DNA of 64,000 nt, taken from Candidatus Daviesbacteria bacterium. GTDB lineage: Bacteria > Patescibacteriota > Microgenomatia > Daviesbacterales > UBA10151. The position numbers and the translations under genes are program-made. Below, piece after piece: positions 9,484 through 19,956 of this stretch. The stretch lies in assembly GCA_028715175.1 (NCBI GenBank), contig JAQUSJ010000001.1, positions 610,386 to 674,385 of the forward strand, given 5' to 3'. How positions within the stretch are numbered: position 1 is the stretch's first letter; each line of letters starts with the position of its first letter. The notes under the pieces were generated by a model. The model saw only the letters and a program-made list of their open reading frames with translations. It was not told where the DNA came from and searched no databases.

Positions 9484-10524
9484 TCAGTCTTCAGTTCTTA
9501 ATGCCAACCCGACTGCAGCCGAGTACGAAGAGTTGTCTTGTGACAGTTTCAAAACCACATCTTTTTCCTTCACAATTGAATACCATGGATCGGCTTCTTG
9601 TACTTCCAACCCAAAAACGTTCGCAAGGTAAATAACAAGCCCGGGCATTTTAGCACCGCCTCCTGAAACAATTACTCTTTTTATCGGGTTTGAGGGATAT
9701 TTTGTTTCAAAAGCTTGAATAACACGCCGTCCTTCTCCGGCTATAATATCTATTACCGGTTTCAGCGCTTCAAAGACCTTCCCCTCCAGTTGATCTTCCA
9801 TTATTCCATAGATTTTCTTATATTGCTCCGCTTGATTCATTTCAAAATTGAAATGCTGAACCAGCGACCTGGTCAATGCAATGCCTCCGGTTGAAATTGA
9901 ACGGGTAAGCCATATTAAACCCTTAGAAACAGCAGCAAAATCAGTAGTTGTCGCGCCAAGCTGCATAATCAAAGTACTGGGCGAAAAAGGATCATTCCCG
10001 ACCAGTGACCTGGTAACTGCTATTATCTCTGTCTCCAAAACTTTGGCGCGAAGCCCTGCTTTATCCAAAACTTTAATATATTTTAGTACTGCATTTTTAG
10101 GAGAGGCTATTACCAGCACTACCGTCTTAGCATTTCTCCCCTTTGCTTCGGAACGAACCAAAACCTGCCAATTTAAATTGACATCGGATAGAGGCATCGG
10201 AATAAATTCTTCGGCAGCATAATGTATGGCGCTGCTAAGCTCCGCATCTGTGAGATAAGGCAAATCATCGATAACTCTTGTAAAAACTTTTGATTCGGGT
10301 AGTGCCGCAATAACTTCTCTTTGATCAATATTTGCAGCTGTAAAAAGTTTTTTAATAGAATCTGCAAGAACCTCCAGGTCTTCATCAACATCAGAAATAA
10401 TACCGGGTTGGGGAGATGGGGTAGAACCCAAAGAAACAAGTTTGTACCGATCTTGATCTTTTGCCAGCGAAACTACTTTAATAGAAGAAAAGCCTATATC
10501 TAAACCAACATTAATTTTTGCCAT
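9484..10524 (-). CDS. pilM: Type IV pilus assembly protein PilM
   Basis: GLDIGFSSIKVV, VSGGGAKMPG, AVGLAL actin-like fold. Confidence 0.92.
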   Translation of the reverse strand: MAKINVGLDIGFSSIKVVSLAKDQDRYKLVSLGSTPSPQPGIISDVDEDLEVLADSIKKLFTAANIDQREVIAALPESKVFTRVIDDLPYLTDAELSSAIHYAAEEFIPMPLSDVNLNWQVLVRSEAKGRNAKTVVLVIASPKNAVLKYIKVLDKAGLRAKVLETEIIAVTRSLVGNDPFSPSTLIMQLGATTTDFAAVSKGLIWLTRSISTGGIALTRSLVQHFNFEMNQAEQYKKIYGIMEDQLEGKVFEALKPVIDIIAGEGRRVIQAFETKYPSNPIKRVIVSGGGAKMPGLVIYLANVFGLEVQEADPWYSIVKEKDVVLKLSQDNSSYSAAVGLALRTED

Positions 10525-10530
10525 TGTTTT

Positions 10531-10565
10531 AATTGTAAATTGTAAATTGTAAATTGTAAATTGTC
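10531..10565. repeat. Heptamer tandem (AATTGTA)4 AATTGTC
   Basis: Fills most of the gap between the pilM start and the upstream gene stop. Confidence 0.85.
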
Positions 10566-12495
10566 ATTTTACCTGATACGTTCCTTTAACCAGGGAATAG
10601 GTGCCGGAAGGTCCTGATTGGAAAAGAGTACTGGATAAACCTGTCTCATAATTAAGGATACCATTATTTATAAGTTTTATTCCCCAGGCAGTTAATTCTT
10701 TAAAAGTATTTCTATTCCCCGGTTCAATGATACCTTTTGAGGCGTAGAAAACTCCTGAGTTGCCGGTATTGTTAATAACAATGGCAGACACCCCGTCCGA
10801 TCTGGAATCATAGTTAGATAAAATCATTAGCAAGCTACTACCGATCCCGGTTCCCCGTAACTGGTTATTACTACCCAAATTGACAATACCGCCACTAACC
10901 CCGTCTCCCACTACTATCACTCCGGATGTCAAACCATATTCCGAAGATAAGGTAAGAGTATTGTTGGTATTGAAAGTTAAGTTTCCGGTAATCCAGATGG
11001 GTGATTTTATGGTTACGGCGCAGTGACTGTCGAAAGTAACATTACCAACAATTTTACCGGGCCCTAAGACATTGACACAAGTTGTGATATCGCCTGTAGT
11101 TACACCGGCATCCCGTGCCTGACTTTCCCAATCTAAAACATTGGCATCAGAAATGGGGAAAACTTTAGGCGGGGAATCAGGGGAATTTGGGTGTAAGCTT
11201 GCAGCTGTAGAATTTTCAATAGTCTGATAATAAGCGTCTCCTTGCATATCAACATTTTTAATAGTATTGGCATGGACACTTCCTCCATTGCCTTGAGCGT
11301 CTTTTTTAACTAAAATACCTTTACCTACTCCGCCATCTACAATAGTTGGAGCACCTCCCATAAAGGTTTTAAAAGAAAGATCGTCGCCAGGACTGACGGC
11401 TGCCCAGCTGGGGTTGCCTGAAGACCAATCAGATGACCACATTCCAAAACAGAGATCCGGATTACCACAGGTATAGCTCTTGGCAAGATCGTTTTGCCAA
11501 GCCCAATAATTTGAAGAATTTGATGATGTATCAATCATGATCCAATAGGTAACACCGGTTGTCAAATTAGACAAAGTGTCGAAGGTAACATCTATCCAGT
11601 TATCAATTGGATAATTGGTGCTGACCAGATTGCTATATAATGTGCCGGTTGCTAAAATATGATTCTTATCAGGCTGACCAGATTTGTCTGCCATGATACG
11701 TACAGTCACATCCGAAGGATTACCGATTTTTTTCACTTTTAAAGACACTTTATTCAAAACATTTGATACTGACGGCTGAAAGCTTTGAGCCACATCCAGA
11801 CGGCTTGAACCCGAAACAGAAGTACCGAATATAAAATCTGTACAATTGGTGCCGGTACAATCAGTCTGCCGATCAGCTATTGCTTGTGGTCCTCCCGCCA
11901 CCCAAACATCTCCTGTAATTTCATTTCCGTTTCCACCCCCAACCGTACTTACCGAACCATTTGAATAAATTGTCCCGGTAATAATATTGCTATTGCCCAG
12001 CGTCAAACCTCCTTCTCCCACTTGTACCCCATAAACAAAAGCTGTACCCACGCCTCTTGATGCAGTTATTTTAATGCTTCTTTTCACTTTTGCCTTGGAT
12101 TTATCCGGTATATAACCTGTTGACTGAATAATTTTGGTGGTAGCGTCTTTGGAAGTTATTGTAACGGAATAGGATCCATCACCTAGAGCAGTTTCCGCTT
12201 CTCCCAAATAACTACCTCCTGTTTTATTTAAAGAAGTAATAGCTTTATCAACTCCTGCTTCGGCTATTACTGTTGCTTTCTCAACATCCAAAGAATAAGA
12301 TGAATTCTGATAATAAAGTTGAGCTCCCGCAATAATAGACAAAACCGTAAAAAGAACCACACCTAAAGCCACAAGGACTAAAAGGAAAATTTGTCCTGAT
12401 TGATTCAATGATGCTTTCCGACTTTCGACTTCCGACTTCCGCAATCGCGGTAGACGGTAGACGGTAGACGGTAGACATTTTTGCAACTTAATCAT
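10564..12495 (-). CDS. Large PilX-like minor pilin / putative tip adhesin
   Basis: SG/QIFLLVLV prepilin-like helix, AEAGV motif, long beta-rich G/N/S/T C-terminal region. Confidence 0.7.
   Translation of the reverse strand: MIKLQKCLPSTVYRLPRLRKSEVESRKASLNQSGQIFLLVLVALGVVLFTVLSIIAGAQLYYQNSSYSLDVEKATVIAEAGVDKAITSLNKTGGSYLGEAETALGDGSYSVTITSKDATTKIIQSTGYIPDKSKAKVKRSIKITASRGVGTAFVYGVQVGEGGLTLGNSNIITGTIYSNGSVSTVGGGNGNEITGDVWVAGGPQAIADRQTDCTGTNCTDFIFGTSVSGSSRLDVAQSFQPSVSNVLNKVSLKVKKIGNPSDVTVRIMADKSGQPDKNHILATGTLYSNLVSTNYPIDNWIDVTFDTLSNLTTGVTYWIMIDTSSNSSNYWAWQNDLAKSYTCGNPDLCFGMWSSDWSSGNPSWAAVSPGDDLSFKTFMGGAPTIVDGGVGKGILVKKDAQGNGGSVHANTIKNVDMQGDAYYQTIENSTAASLHPNSPDSPPKVFPISDANVLDWESQARDAGVTTGDITTCVNVLGPGKIVGNVTFDSHCAVTIKSPIWITGNLTFNTNNTLTLSSEYGLTSGVIVVGDGVSGGIVNLGSNNQLRGTGIGSSLLMILSNYDSRSDGVSAIVINNTGNSGVFYASKGIIEPGNRNTFKELTAWGIKLINNGILNYETGLSSTLFQSGPSGTYSLVKGTYQVK
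12414..12476. repeat. Two heptamer arrays (CTTCCGA-like; GGTAGAC x4) in the leader of the PilX-like gene
   Basis: Read directly; encodes PSTVYRLPRLRKSEVESRK. Confidence 0.8.
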
Positions 12496-13060
12496 TTCTC
12501 AAATTTGCTTCCGTTGTAGCCGTACTTGTTGTAAAGCCGGTACCAATTTTTGTGTTTAAGGTCAAAGTGACGCGAACCTTGGCAGCGCTTGCAGAAATTA
12601 CTTCAACCGGAGGATTTGCAGAATCCAAATATTGAAATTTTAAGTTATCAACATTTGTCGCAAAGACACGATCTAGCGCTTTTCTGGAACTTACAGCATC
12701 CGGAAAAATTTTAAGATGAACAGCCTTCTGATCCAAATACAAAATAAAATAGTCAAAAATATTATCGATAATATTGCCGGCATCATCAATAGAAGATACT
12801 TTCAAGACAAGCTGACTGGCATTTGACGAGTATGTAGTTAAACCGTCCGTATAAGACGGCGCCACTGCGCTCGCTTGCTTTATATCTCTCCGCAGAGCAG
12901 AAAGAGTATCATTGCTATTTAAACCCTCCTGAACCTTTGAAGATTGCTCTGTAAACAGTCCGGCGCTATTTACAATAATAACCAGGAGCAACGCTCCCGC
13001 TGTGGCAGCAATCCCCATAGCCACTAAAACCTCAATTAAAGTTAGTCCTTTTTCTTTCAT
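12488..13060 (-). CDS. Minor pilin (PilW-like)
   Basis: KG/LTLIEVLV class III signal. Confidence 0.85.
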   Translation of the reverse strand: MKEKGLTLIEVLVAMGIAATAGALLLVIIVNSAGLFTEQSSKVQEGLNSNDTLSALRRDIKQASAVAPSYTDGLTTYSSNASQLVLKVSSIDDAGNIIDNIFDYFILYLDQKAVHLKIFPDAVSSRKALDRVFATNVDNLKFQYLDSANPPVEVISASAAKVRVTLTLNTKIGTGFTTSTATTEANLRND

Positions 13061-13518
13061 TGGTTAATTCCTCCTTCTCCAATCATTGCTTTGAGTGTTA
13101 GAGTTTGTGTCTTGTTATTATCCAGCCAATTCAGCGAAACTGTGATCTCTTTAATCTGTTCTCCGTTTGTGCAAATAGTCGGATCACAATCTCCGACAGT
13201 AACTGTCCCACTGCCTTGAGGCAATGCAGCCAAGCGCGAATCGCTAATCGGGGAATTATCCGTAACTAAATTCGCATAGTTTATTGTCCTTTTATCTTCA
13301 ATCTGCTTAACAGCTATTTCCCGGGCCAAGCTTACGTGCTTGCTCTTAGTAATAAGTATTAAGGAGTTCGGGATACTTGCAAGCAAAAATACCAGCAATC
13401 CAACCACCACCACAACCAACAGGGATTCAATAAGAGAAAAACCGCTTTCACTTTTCATTTTCGTAAGAAAATAGTCCACATCTCTAATCTGATTAGGATT
13501 ATAGTCCATGTCTATCAC
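13057..13518 (-). CDS. Minor pilin (PilV-like); start may be ATG 13458
   Basis: SG/FSLIESLL class III signal. Confidence 0.85.
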   Translation of the reverse strand: MIDMDYNPNQIRDVDYFLTKMKSESGFSLIESLLVVVVVGLLVFLLASIPNSLILITKSKHVSLAREIAVKQIEDKRTINYANLVTDNSPISDSRLAALPQGSGTVTVGDCDPTICTNGEQIKEITVSLNWLDNNKTQTLTLKAMIGEGGINQ

Positions 13519-14402
13519 TTATTTATTGCGCCTGTAGAGAAGATGGCGTAATCGAGATATGACGGGACCACCTTATTTATTTGGAACAATTTAACTTTTC
13601 TCTGTGTTGTACCAGCCGTACCGGTAGAAATTATACTTCTCGCTTGCGGAGGAAGGGAACAATTTGCACCACAAGTGCCGACTGCCTGTACTGCAAAGGG
13701 CTGAGAGGCGGTATTATATAAAAGTCTCGCACGAAGCAACATTAAACCCGAGGGTAACGGACCATTATTTATTCCGCTGCTATTACCCAGCTGTTTATAG
13801 CATTGATAATTATTTGAGCCTAGTTGAGACCCGTTGCAATTTGCGCTTTTGTCAAAGTTATTCGCCGGATCCCTTGTGACCGAAGAATTATCAAGATACC
13901 ATTTCCGGCTGGTGTATTTGCTGCCATCATAATAAATGAGTGTCAATTCCAAAGCAGCCTTATCTGTAGATGAATTACCCCAATAAACATCCAACGAGGA
14001 CTGAGTATAGGCTGCTGCAGGAGGGTTTGAGCTCGAGGTATAATCCGCCAGCCAAATCTGGGCAACTTCTTCTTTGGCTAAAGGCGGGTATTCCAGAGGA
14101 CCCTGACGGGTACCTGCAACAGGAACTACCGGCGTCAAATCACCGCCTGAAACCTGGGCTGTTGCACTATTTTCTGCAAAATTCACACTGCCCGAGCCTC
14201 CAATTAGTTTATTTTCTATCCCGGCTTCTGCTGCGGAAAATGCCCTTGAGGATTGTTCTACTTTGGAAGCAGTTGAAATATCCAATATCGACCGCTGAAT
14301 TACGGAAATTCCAATAGCTAAGGCAACAGTCATCACTAAAATCAGCACCAAAATTACTTGTCCTGTTTCGTTTCTCATTAACCAATTCCTTTTATTACTC
14401 AT
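13515..14402 (-). CDS. PilX-like minor pilin
   Basis: TG/QVILVLIL, RAFSAAEAGIE. Confidence 0.8.
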   Translation of the reverse strand: MSNKRNWLMRNETGQVILVLILVMTVALAIGISVIQRSILDISTASKVEQSSRAFSAAEAGIENKLIGGSGSVNFAENSATAQVSGGDLTPVVPVAGTRQGPLEYPPLAKEEVAQIWLADYTSSSNPPAAAYTQSSLDVYWGNSSTDKAALELTLIYYDGSKYTSRKWYLDNSSVTRDPANNFDKSANCNGSQLGSNNYQCYKQLGNSSGINNGPLPSGLMLLRARLLYNTASQPFAVQAVGTCGANCSLPPQARSIISTGTAGTTQRKVKLFQINKVVPSYLDYAIFSTGAINK

Positions 14403-14434
14403 TGTCAGTTTTTTCTCCTAAATTGTCAATCAAC

Positions 14435-15058
14435 TTACCGCAACTCAATAGTCGTCCGATTGATTACAGAACCTATCTGGTTTCTAACTATTTGAGGCAC
14501 GTCAACTCCGGGCCCCAGGGTAAAGTTCACCGTAACAACAGCTTTGAAACCGGACGGTTTGCTTACAGTAAATAATCCGCTGTCAATTGAAACTCCGGTC
14601 AAAGAATTAGTATCAGTCAGAATCTGTGCCGAAGACATTGGATCGATCGAACCGCATATCCTATTGAAGAATAATTGAGGGGTGATTTCCGATGGCGAGG
14701 GCGTAGGGTTATCCAGAATAATACAACCATTTTTCCCTGTGCCAATACAAACAGCAGGGGCTGAACCAGGAGTACTGTTTGCAGAAACAACCCTATACCT
14801 GCTATATGTACCATTTTTTACAATCACAATAGTATCGCTGGATCCTGAAACAGGACAGGCTACACCATCCGAGTTCCTAATAACTCTATCTATGCTATCC
14901 AGCACTGCTTGACCATTTTGCTTCATAATCGAAAGAATCTGGGATTTATTACTGCCTCGCAAAGTATTTGTAAAAATCACCACCATTATCAGTCCGACAA
15001 TTGCTACAATTGCCATAACCACCAGAATCTCAGCTAAGGTGAAACCCTTGTTTGTCAT
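14435..15058 (-). CDS. Minor pilin
   Basis: KG/FTLAEILV class III signal. Confidence 0.85.
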   Translation of the reverse strand: MTNKGFTLAEILVVMAIVAIVGLIMVVIFTNTLRGSNKSQILSIMKQNGQAVLDSIDRVIRNSDGVACPVSGSSDTIVIVKNGTYSRYRVVSANSTPGSAPAVCIGTGKNGCIILDNPTPSPSEITPQLFFNRICGSIDPMSSAQILTDTNSLTGVSIDSGLFTVSKPSGFKAVVTVNFTLGPGVDVPQIVRNQIGSVINRTTIELR

Positions 15059-15567
15059 AGTTTCCCTAATATCGTAGTTAATTTTGAGTCATGAGAGCCT
15101 GTGGAGTCATTCCATTGGACAATAACTGTGGCTGTTTTTTGAATAGTGTAGCTTGTAGCATCATCAGATAAAATAACTACCCGTTTAAATTGATCTATTG
15201 TCTCCGCTGCTGAAGGAATAGAGGAAGCTCCGATAAGATATTGCAGCTCTCCAGAAGAATTTATATTAAAATAACAATTAGGAGTACAGTTTGGGCTGAT
15301 TTGATTTGACCAAAGATCAGGATCCCACGAAGTGATATTAAAACCATTGATTTGAAAATTGCCGGCTATCGGCACATTTCTATCTCTACCTGTTCTCACA
15401 CTCTCAATCCCTTCCTGAGCCAGCTTTGTGGCTTGGGCAGAATTTTTGGCAAAATTGGCATTCCTAAGAGAAAAAATGGTGGCAAATGTCAAGGCAGAAA
15501 CTACTAAAATTCCGACAGTTGCAGCCACTATTACTTCTATCAAACTTTGACCTTTTTCACTGCCCAT
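15055..15567 (-). CDS. Minor pilin (PilV-like)
   Basis: MGSEKG/QSLIEVIV, AQEGIESVR; start corrected to ATG 15567. Confidence 0.82.
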   Translation of the reverse strand: MGSEKGQSLIEVIVAATVGILVVSALTFATIFSLRNANFAKNSAQATKLAQEGIESVRTGRDRNVPIAGNFQINGFNITSWDPDLWSNQISPNCTPNCYFNINSSGELQYLIGASSIPSAAETIDQFKRVVILSDDATSYTIQKTATVIVQWNDSTGSHDSKLTTILGKL

Positions 15568-16075
15568 AAATCCTGCCTCCTTGTTCAGTAGTAAAAGATT
15601 TTGTGCTTCCGGTTTTATTGTTTTGCAGAGTAATTGTAAGTGACGTACATCTTGAATCTCCAAAACCAACCTTGCCTGTAAGTGGATCAAAATTTATTGT
15701 AAACGGAGGTAGCGTTGGACAATTAAACCCTGTTCCGGTTATTGGTGGTTTTAGTGTATTATTTGCGTCCAGTTGCAATGTCTTTTTAAGAACCGAAGAA
15801 GATACAGGCTCCATACACTTTAGATTAATAGTTACTAAATTAGCAAATTCAACTTGCCATATGGCACCATACCCGATATTGCATTTTGCATTAGCAGTGG
15901 CGTTTGTTTGCGCCTGCCGAAGCAGGCTTTGAATATCTAAACTTGCATTTTTAAGATTCTGGTCTTCTCCAAAAGATCTGGAATTTATAAGTGTATAAAT
16001 TCCTATTACTGCTGTAATTGCAATAACAACCAAAAGCTCAATTAGAGTAAAGGCATTTGGGACAGTCCTGGGCAT
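15557..16075 (-). CDS. Minor pilin (FimT/FimU-like)
   Basis: A/FTLIELLVV, LLRQAQTNA. Confidence 0.82.
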   Translation of the reverse strand: MPRTVPNAFTLIELLVVIAITAVIGIYTLINSRSFGEDQNLKNASLDIQSLLRQAQTNATANAKCNIGYGAIWQVEFANLVTINLKCMEPVSSSVLKKTLQLDANNTLKPPITGTGFNCPTLPPFTINFDPLTGKVGFGDSRCTSLTITLQNNKTGSTKSFTTEQGGRIYGQ

Positions 16076-16099
16076 GTTTTAATTGTACCACAGCTAAAA

Positions 16100-16148
16100 C
16101 ACCTCCGAGGTGGGCTTTGTTCCATCGGACGTCTTCTCCTCGGAGGTG
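16100..16148. repeat. Intergenic REP-like inverted doublet
   Basis: CACCTCCGAGG...CCTCGGAGGTG 11-bp inverted repeat; left arm is itself palindromic. Confidence 0.75.
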
Positions 16149-16165
16149 AAGTAATTACATTCCTT

Positions 16166-16654
16166 TTACGGAGGAGAGACAAAGAAATTGTAACCGCTAG
16201 AATACGAACAACCCGTAGGTAAAGATGGAACGGGGGAAAGAGGAATGTCTAATTTAGAAGTAAGACAATAACTATTACATTGAGTCGCAGTAGTAACATT
16301 TGTACAACCGATACTTCCATTCCTTATAGCTTCATACCTATACGGAGTACTCACATTTGAATCGTTCGGGACATTATTTATATATGTTTTGGTGCTTGAA
16401 CAAGGCGAAGTTGGATTCCCTGTACAATTATTAAGAGAGCTCCCGAAAGGTAAATTACCGGCTGGATAAAAACCCTGGTCGCTATAATACTGCTCCAGAG
16501 CCGATTGGATTGATCGCAAATCCGACTGTCTTTTTGAATCCTGACCTTGTTTTATGACATTTGAATAAACAACCAAGCCAATTGCAGAAAGTATGGCAAT
16601 AATACTAACTGTTACAAGAAGTTCGATTAAAGTGAAACCGCGACCTTTAAACAT
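16166..16654 (-). CDS. Pilin (GspG-like)
   Basis: G/FTLIELLV, DSKRQSDLRSIQSALEQYY. Confidence 0.88.
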   Translation of the reverse strand: MFKGRGFTLIELLVTVSIIAILSAIGLVVYSNVIKQGQDSKRQSDLRSIQSALEQYYSDQGFYPAGNLPFGSSLNNCTGNPTSPCSSTKTYINNVPNDSNVSTPYRYEAIRNGSIGCTNVTTATQCNSYCLTSKLDIPLSPVPSLPTGCSYSSGYNFFVSPP

Positions 16655-16659
16655 TAAGG

Positions 16660-17073
16660 TTATTGCTGGTTAGACTGGCAGTAACATGTGGCGCCAGTAG
16701 CAGAACACGTCCCTGCAGCATCTCCTAATGTTGCGCAAACTTTGTATGTATCAGCCCCGGCTGATTCATTTGCTCCTGAAGCATAATTATAACTACTGCC
16801 AGTACTGGGATCCTTCGGTATATTGCCGCTTGCAAACCATGTTCCTTGCAGGAGCGGATAATAAGGCGAAGTTTTAGAAATATTAGCTTCCCAGGCTTTA
16901 CTGATACTATCTATATCCGCTTTTCTTCTTGCATCTCTCGCATTCTTTTGCACACCTGAAAATATAGTAATTCCAATAATGGATAAAACGGCAATAATAG
17001 ATACAACAACAAGCAGTTCAACCAAGGTAAAACCAGAAGGATTGTTGGTAAACTTGGGCAGAAATTTCTTCAT
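16660..17073 (-). CDS. Pilin
   Basis: G/FTLVELLVV, ARDARRKADI. Confidence 0.88.
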   Translation of the reverse strand: MKKFLPKFTNNPSGFTLVELLVVVSIIAVLSIIGITIFSGVQKNARDARRKADIDSISKAWEANISKTSPYYPLLQGTWFASGNIPKDPSTGSSYNYASGANESAGADTYKVCATLGDAAGTCSATGATCYCQSNQQ

Positions 17074-17152
17074 AAAGAATAATTATTTCGTTAATTTATT
17101 ATTCATACAAACTAAACTGTTTGTCAAGACACAACTATGTAAACTAGTTTTA

Positions 17153-18073
17153 TCAAGGGATAAATGTACCTAATTTTAAATACCAATCGATAATCTGATT
17201 TCCCCAAAAAAGAGTTATCAAGCTTCCCAAAACCAAAAATGGGCCAAAGGGAATTGTTTGACCAAAATGTTTTTTACCGGCAATAATAAGCGCTACTCCG
17301 AATATCGCGCCTGTAAAAAATGCCAAAACCAAAGCTATTAGCGCTTGCGGAAACCCCAGCATTATTCCGATAAATGCTCCTAATTTTACATCCCCTCCGC
17401 CCATTCCTTTCCCGCGGGTAATAATTATTAACCCCCAGAAAAATCCGCCAATCAAGAGTCCCATCAATAATGATAAGAGAAACGGCTGGACTACCATTAA
17501 CGCATGTCTTTGGAAGTATCCACTACTCGGAGGAAGAAGTTGTCTACCGATCGGCGTTTGAGCTAAGTAGTAGTACAAGTATCCTACCTTATATGCGGTA
17601 ATAACCAGCAGGGAAATTGTCCCGATCAGAATAGCCGGTTTAATAATTCTATCCGGAATCAGCATTCTTTTAATATCCGTAATAAAAAGAATTGCCAGAA
17701 TTACAATAAAAAAAGTCTTAAAAAGTAAATCAAAAATAAAAATTAAAAATTTGAAATTTGAAATTAGCTGAAGACTGAAGACTGAAGACTGAAGACTACT
17801 GAACTCTTGCCAAAACAAAAACCCAATCAAAACTCCCACAACAGCCTCAACAATCAAATATTCTATACTGATCCGATTCTTACAATATCTGCATTTTCCT
17901 CTAAGCAAAACGTAGGAAAGAATAGGAAAAAGGTCGTACACAGCCAGCGTATGCCGACACCTCAAGCAGTACGACCTTCCCCAAAAAGATTTATTGCTTA
18001 AACTACGATCAGCCAATGCTTTTACCAAGCTTCCCAAGACTATACCAATCAAAAATCCGGCTGATCCCCACAT
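17153..18073 (-). CDS. pilD: Prepilin peptidase (A24)
   Basis: RSYCLRC, GKCRYC, GMGGGDVKL, IPFGPFL. Confidence 0.92.
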   Translation of the reverse strand: MWGSAGFLIGIVLGSLVKALADRSLSNKSFWGRSYCLRCRHTLAVYDLFPILSYVLLRGKCRYCKNRISIEYLIVEAVVGVLIGFLFWQEFSSLQSSVFSLQLISNFKFLIFIFDLLFKTFFIVILAILFITDIKRMLIPDRIIKPAILIGTISLLVITAYKVGYLYYYLAQTPIGRQLLPPSSGYFQRHALMVVQPFLLSLLMGLLIGGFFWGLIIITRGKGMGGGDVKLGAFIGIMLGFPQALIALVLAFFTGAIFGVALIIAGKKHFGQTIPFGPFLVLGSLITLFWGNQIIDWYLKLGTFIP

Positions 18074-18077
18074 AGCG

Positions 18078-18608
18078 TTAATAAGTACAAGTTCCTCCCG
18101 AAGGAGAAGTAAGCTTCAAATTAGAACCGACCTCATACAATACTGGATCATCTCCACCATCAGGTAACATCTTGCCTGATTGCTGTGTTGATTCCAGTTT
18201 TGCATCAATCTCCCAGGCGTTGCCATCTGAACAATATATGTAATGATTTGTCGCATCATTAATCGGATCGATTGGTAAGGTGGGCACCGACACACTCTTC
18301 TGAGAAGACATATCAACCTTCACCCAGCCTGTTCCATCAGAACCCCTGCCAGCTATATTGCTTAACCCATTACATGGCGCACTACCGCCGCTGCAAAGAA
18401 TAGTAGCCGCAGATCCGGTTGCTTCCTGAACTGCCACGTTAATTGCTTGCTGTAAATTTGACAAATCAGTAAGTCTGGCCGCATCACGACCTCTACGGGT
18501 AAGCTCTAACGGGTTAATAATTAAAACAACGACTGCTGCCAATATGGCAATAATTGCAATAACAACCAAAAGTTCCACTAATGTGAAACCATGAGCAGAT
18601 TTTTTCAA
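18078..18608 (-). CDS. Pilin, probable major subunit
   Basis: G/FTLVELLVVIAII, RDAARLTDL; strong GAGGGGGTGA RBS and TTG start. Confidence 0.88.
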   Translation of the reverse strand: MKKSAHGFTLVELLVVIAIIAILAAVVVLIINPLELTRRGRDAARLTDLSNLQQAINVAVQEATGSAATILCSGGSAPCNGLSNIAGRGSDGTGWVKVDMSSQKSVSVPTLPIDPINDATNHYIYCSDGNAWEIDAKLESTQQSGKMLPDGGDDPVLYEVGSNLKLTSPSGGTCTY

Positions 18609-18673
18609 AATTTCTCACCCCCTCGCATACATTGTATTCACAACTTCTAATACTTAGTCAAGTAGCATCTTGA

Positions 18674-19873
18674 TTAAAATGACGTGGTTAATTTGTAAAT
18701 AGGCAATATTATTGAGATAACTAAAAAAGCTACGCCAATCCCTAGGATGATTAGAACAATTGGCTCGATCGCTACAGTCAAATTCTTAACCATATGGTCT
18801 GATTCAGATTCAAAATAGTCAGCCAGCTTAAAAAATATTTCATCTACTTTTCCTGTTTCTTCACCCACTCTAACCATCTGGCTGATAATTTTTGGGAAAA
18901 TATTGGCTGTAAGAAGAGAAGAAAACGGCAATCCTTTTTCTACTCCGGAGTAACTTTCTTTGAGTGCATTTTTAAACACCGGATTATCCATTAAATCCGA
19001 TACTATACCAATAGAATCAAGTAACGGTATGCCTGCAGAAATCAGCAGCCCAAACGTACGGTTGAAATTTGTCAGTGCAACATTTGCCACAACCTTTCCC
19101 GCAATTGGGATTCTTAGAATCAATTTGCCTAAGAAAAGATTCCCCTCGGGGGTCCGTTTCCATCTGTCTATCCCAATGTATCCTCCAATTAAAATAATAA
19201 GTCCCAACCACCAATAGTTCACAAAAAGATTTGACGTAGTAATCAATATTTTGGTAGGCAATGGCAATTCCATTGTTGATTGAGAATACAAAGTTAAAAG
19301 CTTCGGGATAACAAAAATCATCATTATAACAAGCACTACCAGCATCATAGATAAAACTAACACCGGATAGATCATTGCTCCTTTAATTTTTGCTTGAAAT
19401 TCTCTTTCTTTCTCCAACCCGTCAGCCATCTGTAAAAGAATAGAATCAAGCTTACCGGAGGCCTCACCGGCCTTAATTAAATTAACATAAAGATGGGGAA
19501 AAATATCAGGATATTTACTAAAGGCTTGTGCCAACGTTAAACCTCCTTTGATGTCCTGGGAAATGTCATTCAAAGCTTTCTTCAGATTTTTATTGGTTTG
19601 CTGGTCTTCCAGAATATCTATCGCTTCTGATAAAACTAGTCCGCTGCTCACCATTGTTGCCAACTGTCTAGTGAAAATAACTACTTCAGAAAAACCTACC
19701 CTATTTATAAAACGGTCCAGCAACCTGTTTACAGGAGGCGTTTTAGGAGACAGTGAAATAACAATCAGACCCTCCTTTCGTATAGTCACAGCAGCAGAAT
19801 GAGCATCGGGAGATTTAACGCTGCCGACGTGTTCCTGACCCTGTATATCTTTTGCTTTGTAGATAAATTCCAT
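18674..19873 (-). CDS. pilC: Type IV pilus platform protein PilC
   Basis: FTRQLATM, GEASGKLD, AMIYP, GEETG, IEP. Confidence 0.93.
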   Translation of the reverse strand: MEFIYKAKDIQGQEHVGSVKSPDAHSAAVTIRKEGLIVISLSPKTPPVNRLLDRFINRVGFSEVVIFTRQLATMVSSGLVLSEAIDILEDQQTNKNLKKALNDISQDIKGGLTLAQAFSKYPDIFPHLYVNLIKAGEASGKLDSILLQMADGLEKEREFQAKIKGAMIYPVLVLSMMLVVLVIMMIFVIPKLLTLYSQSTMELPLPTKILITTSNLFVNYWWLGLIILIGGYIGIDRWKRTPEGNLFLGKLILRIPIAGKVVANVALTNFNRTFGLLISAGIPLLDSIGIVSDLMDNPVFKNALKESYSGVEKGLPFSSLLTANIFPKIISQMVRVGEETGKVDEIFFKLADYFESESDHMVKNLTVAIEPIVLIILGIGVAFLVISIILPIYKLTTSF

Positions 19874-19878
19874 AATAA

Positions 19879-19956
19879 TAGTCGTCAGTCATCAGTCTTC
19901 AGCTATCAGACTTTCTTGTTTTTGTCTGACGACTGAAAGCTGATCGCTGATAGCTA
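19879..19956. repeat. Heptamer-hairpin element (copy A)
   Basis: Inverted arrays of CAGTCRT/CAGCTAT heptamers around TCAGAC-loop-GTCTGA; supplies the pilT TAG stop. Confidence 0.88.

Noticed and set aside
19879-19956. Heptamer arrays as CRISPR
   Set aside because: 7-nt units with no unique spacers and no cas genes
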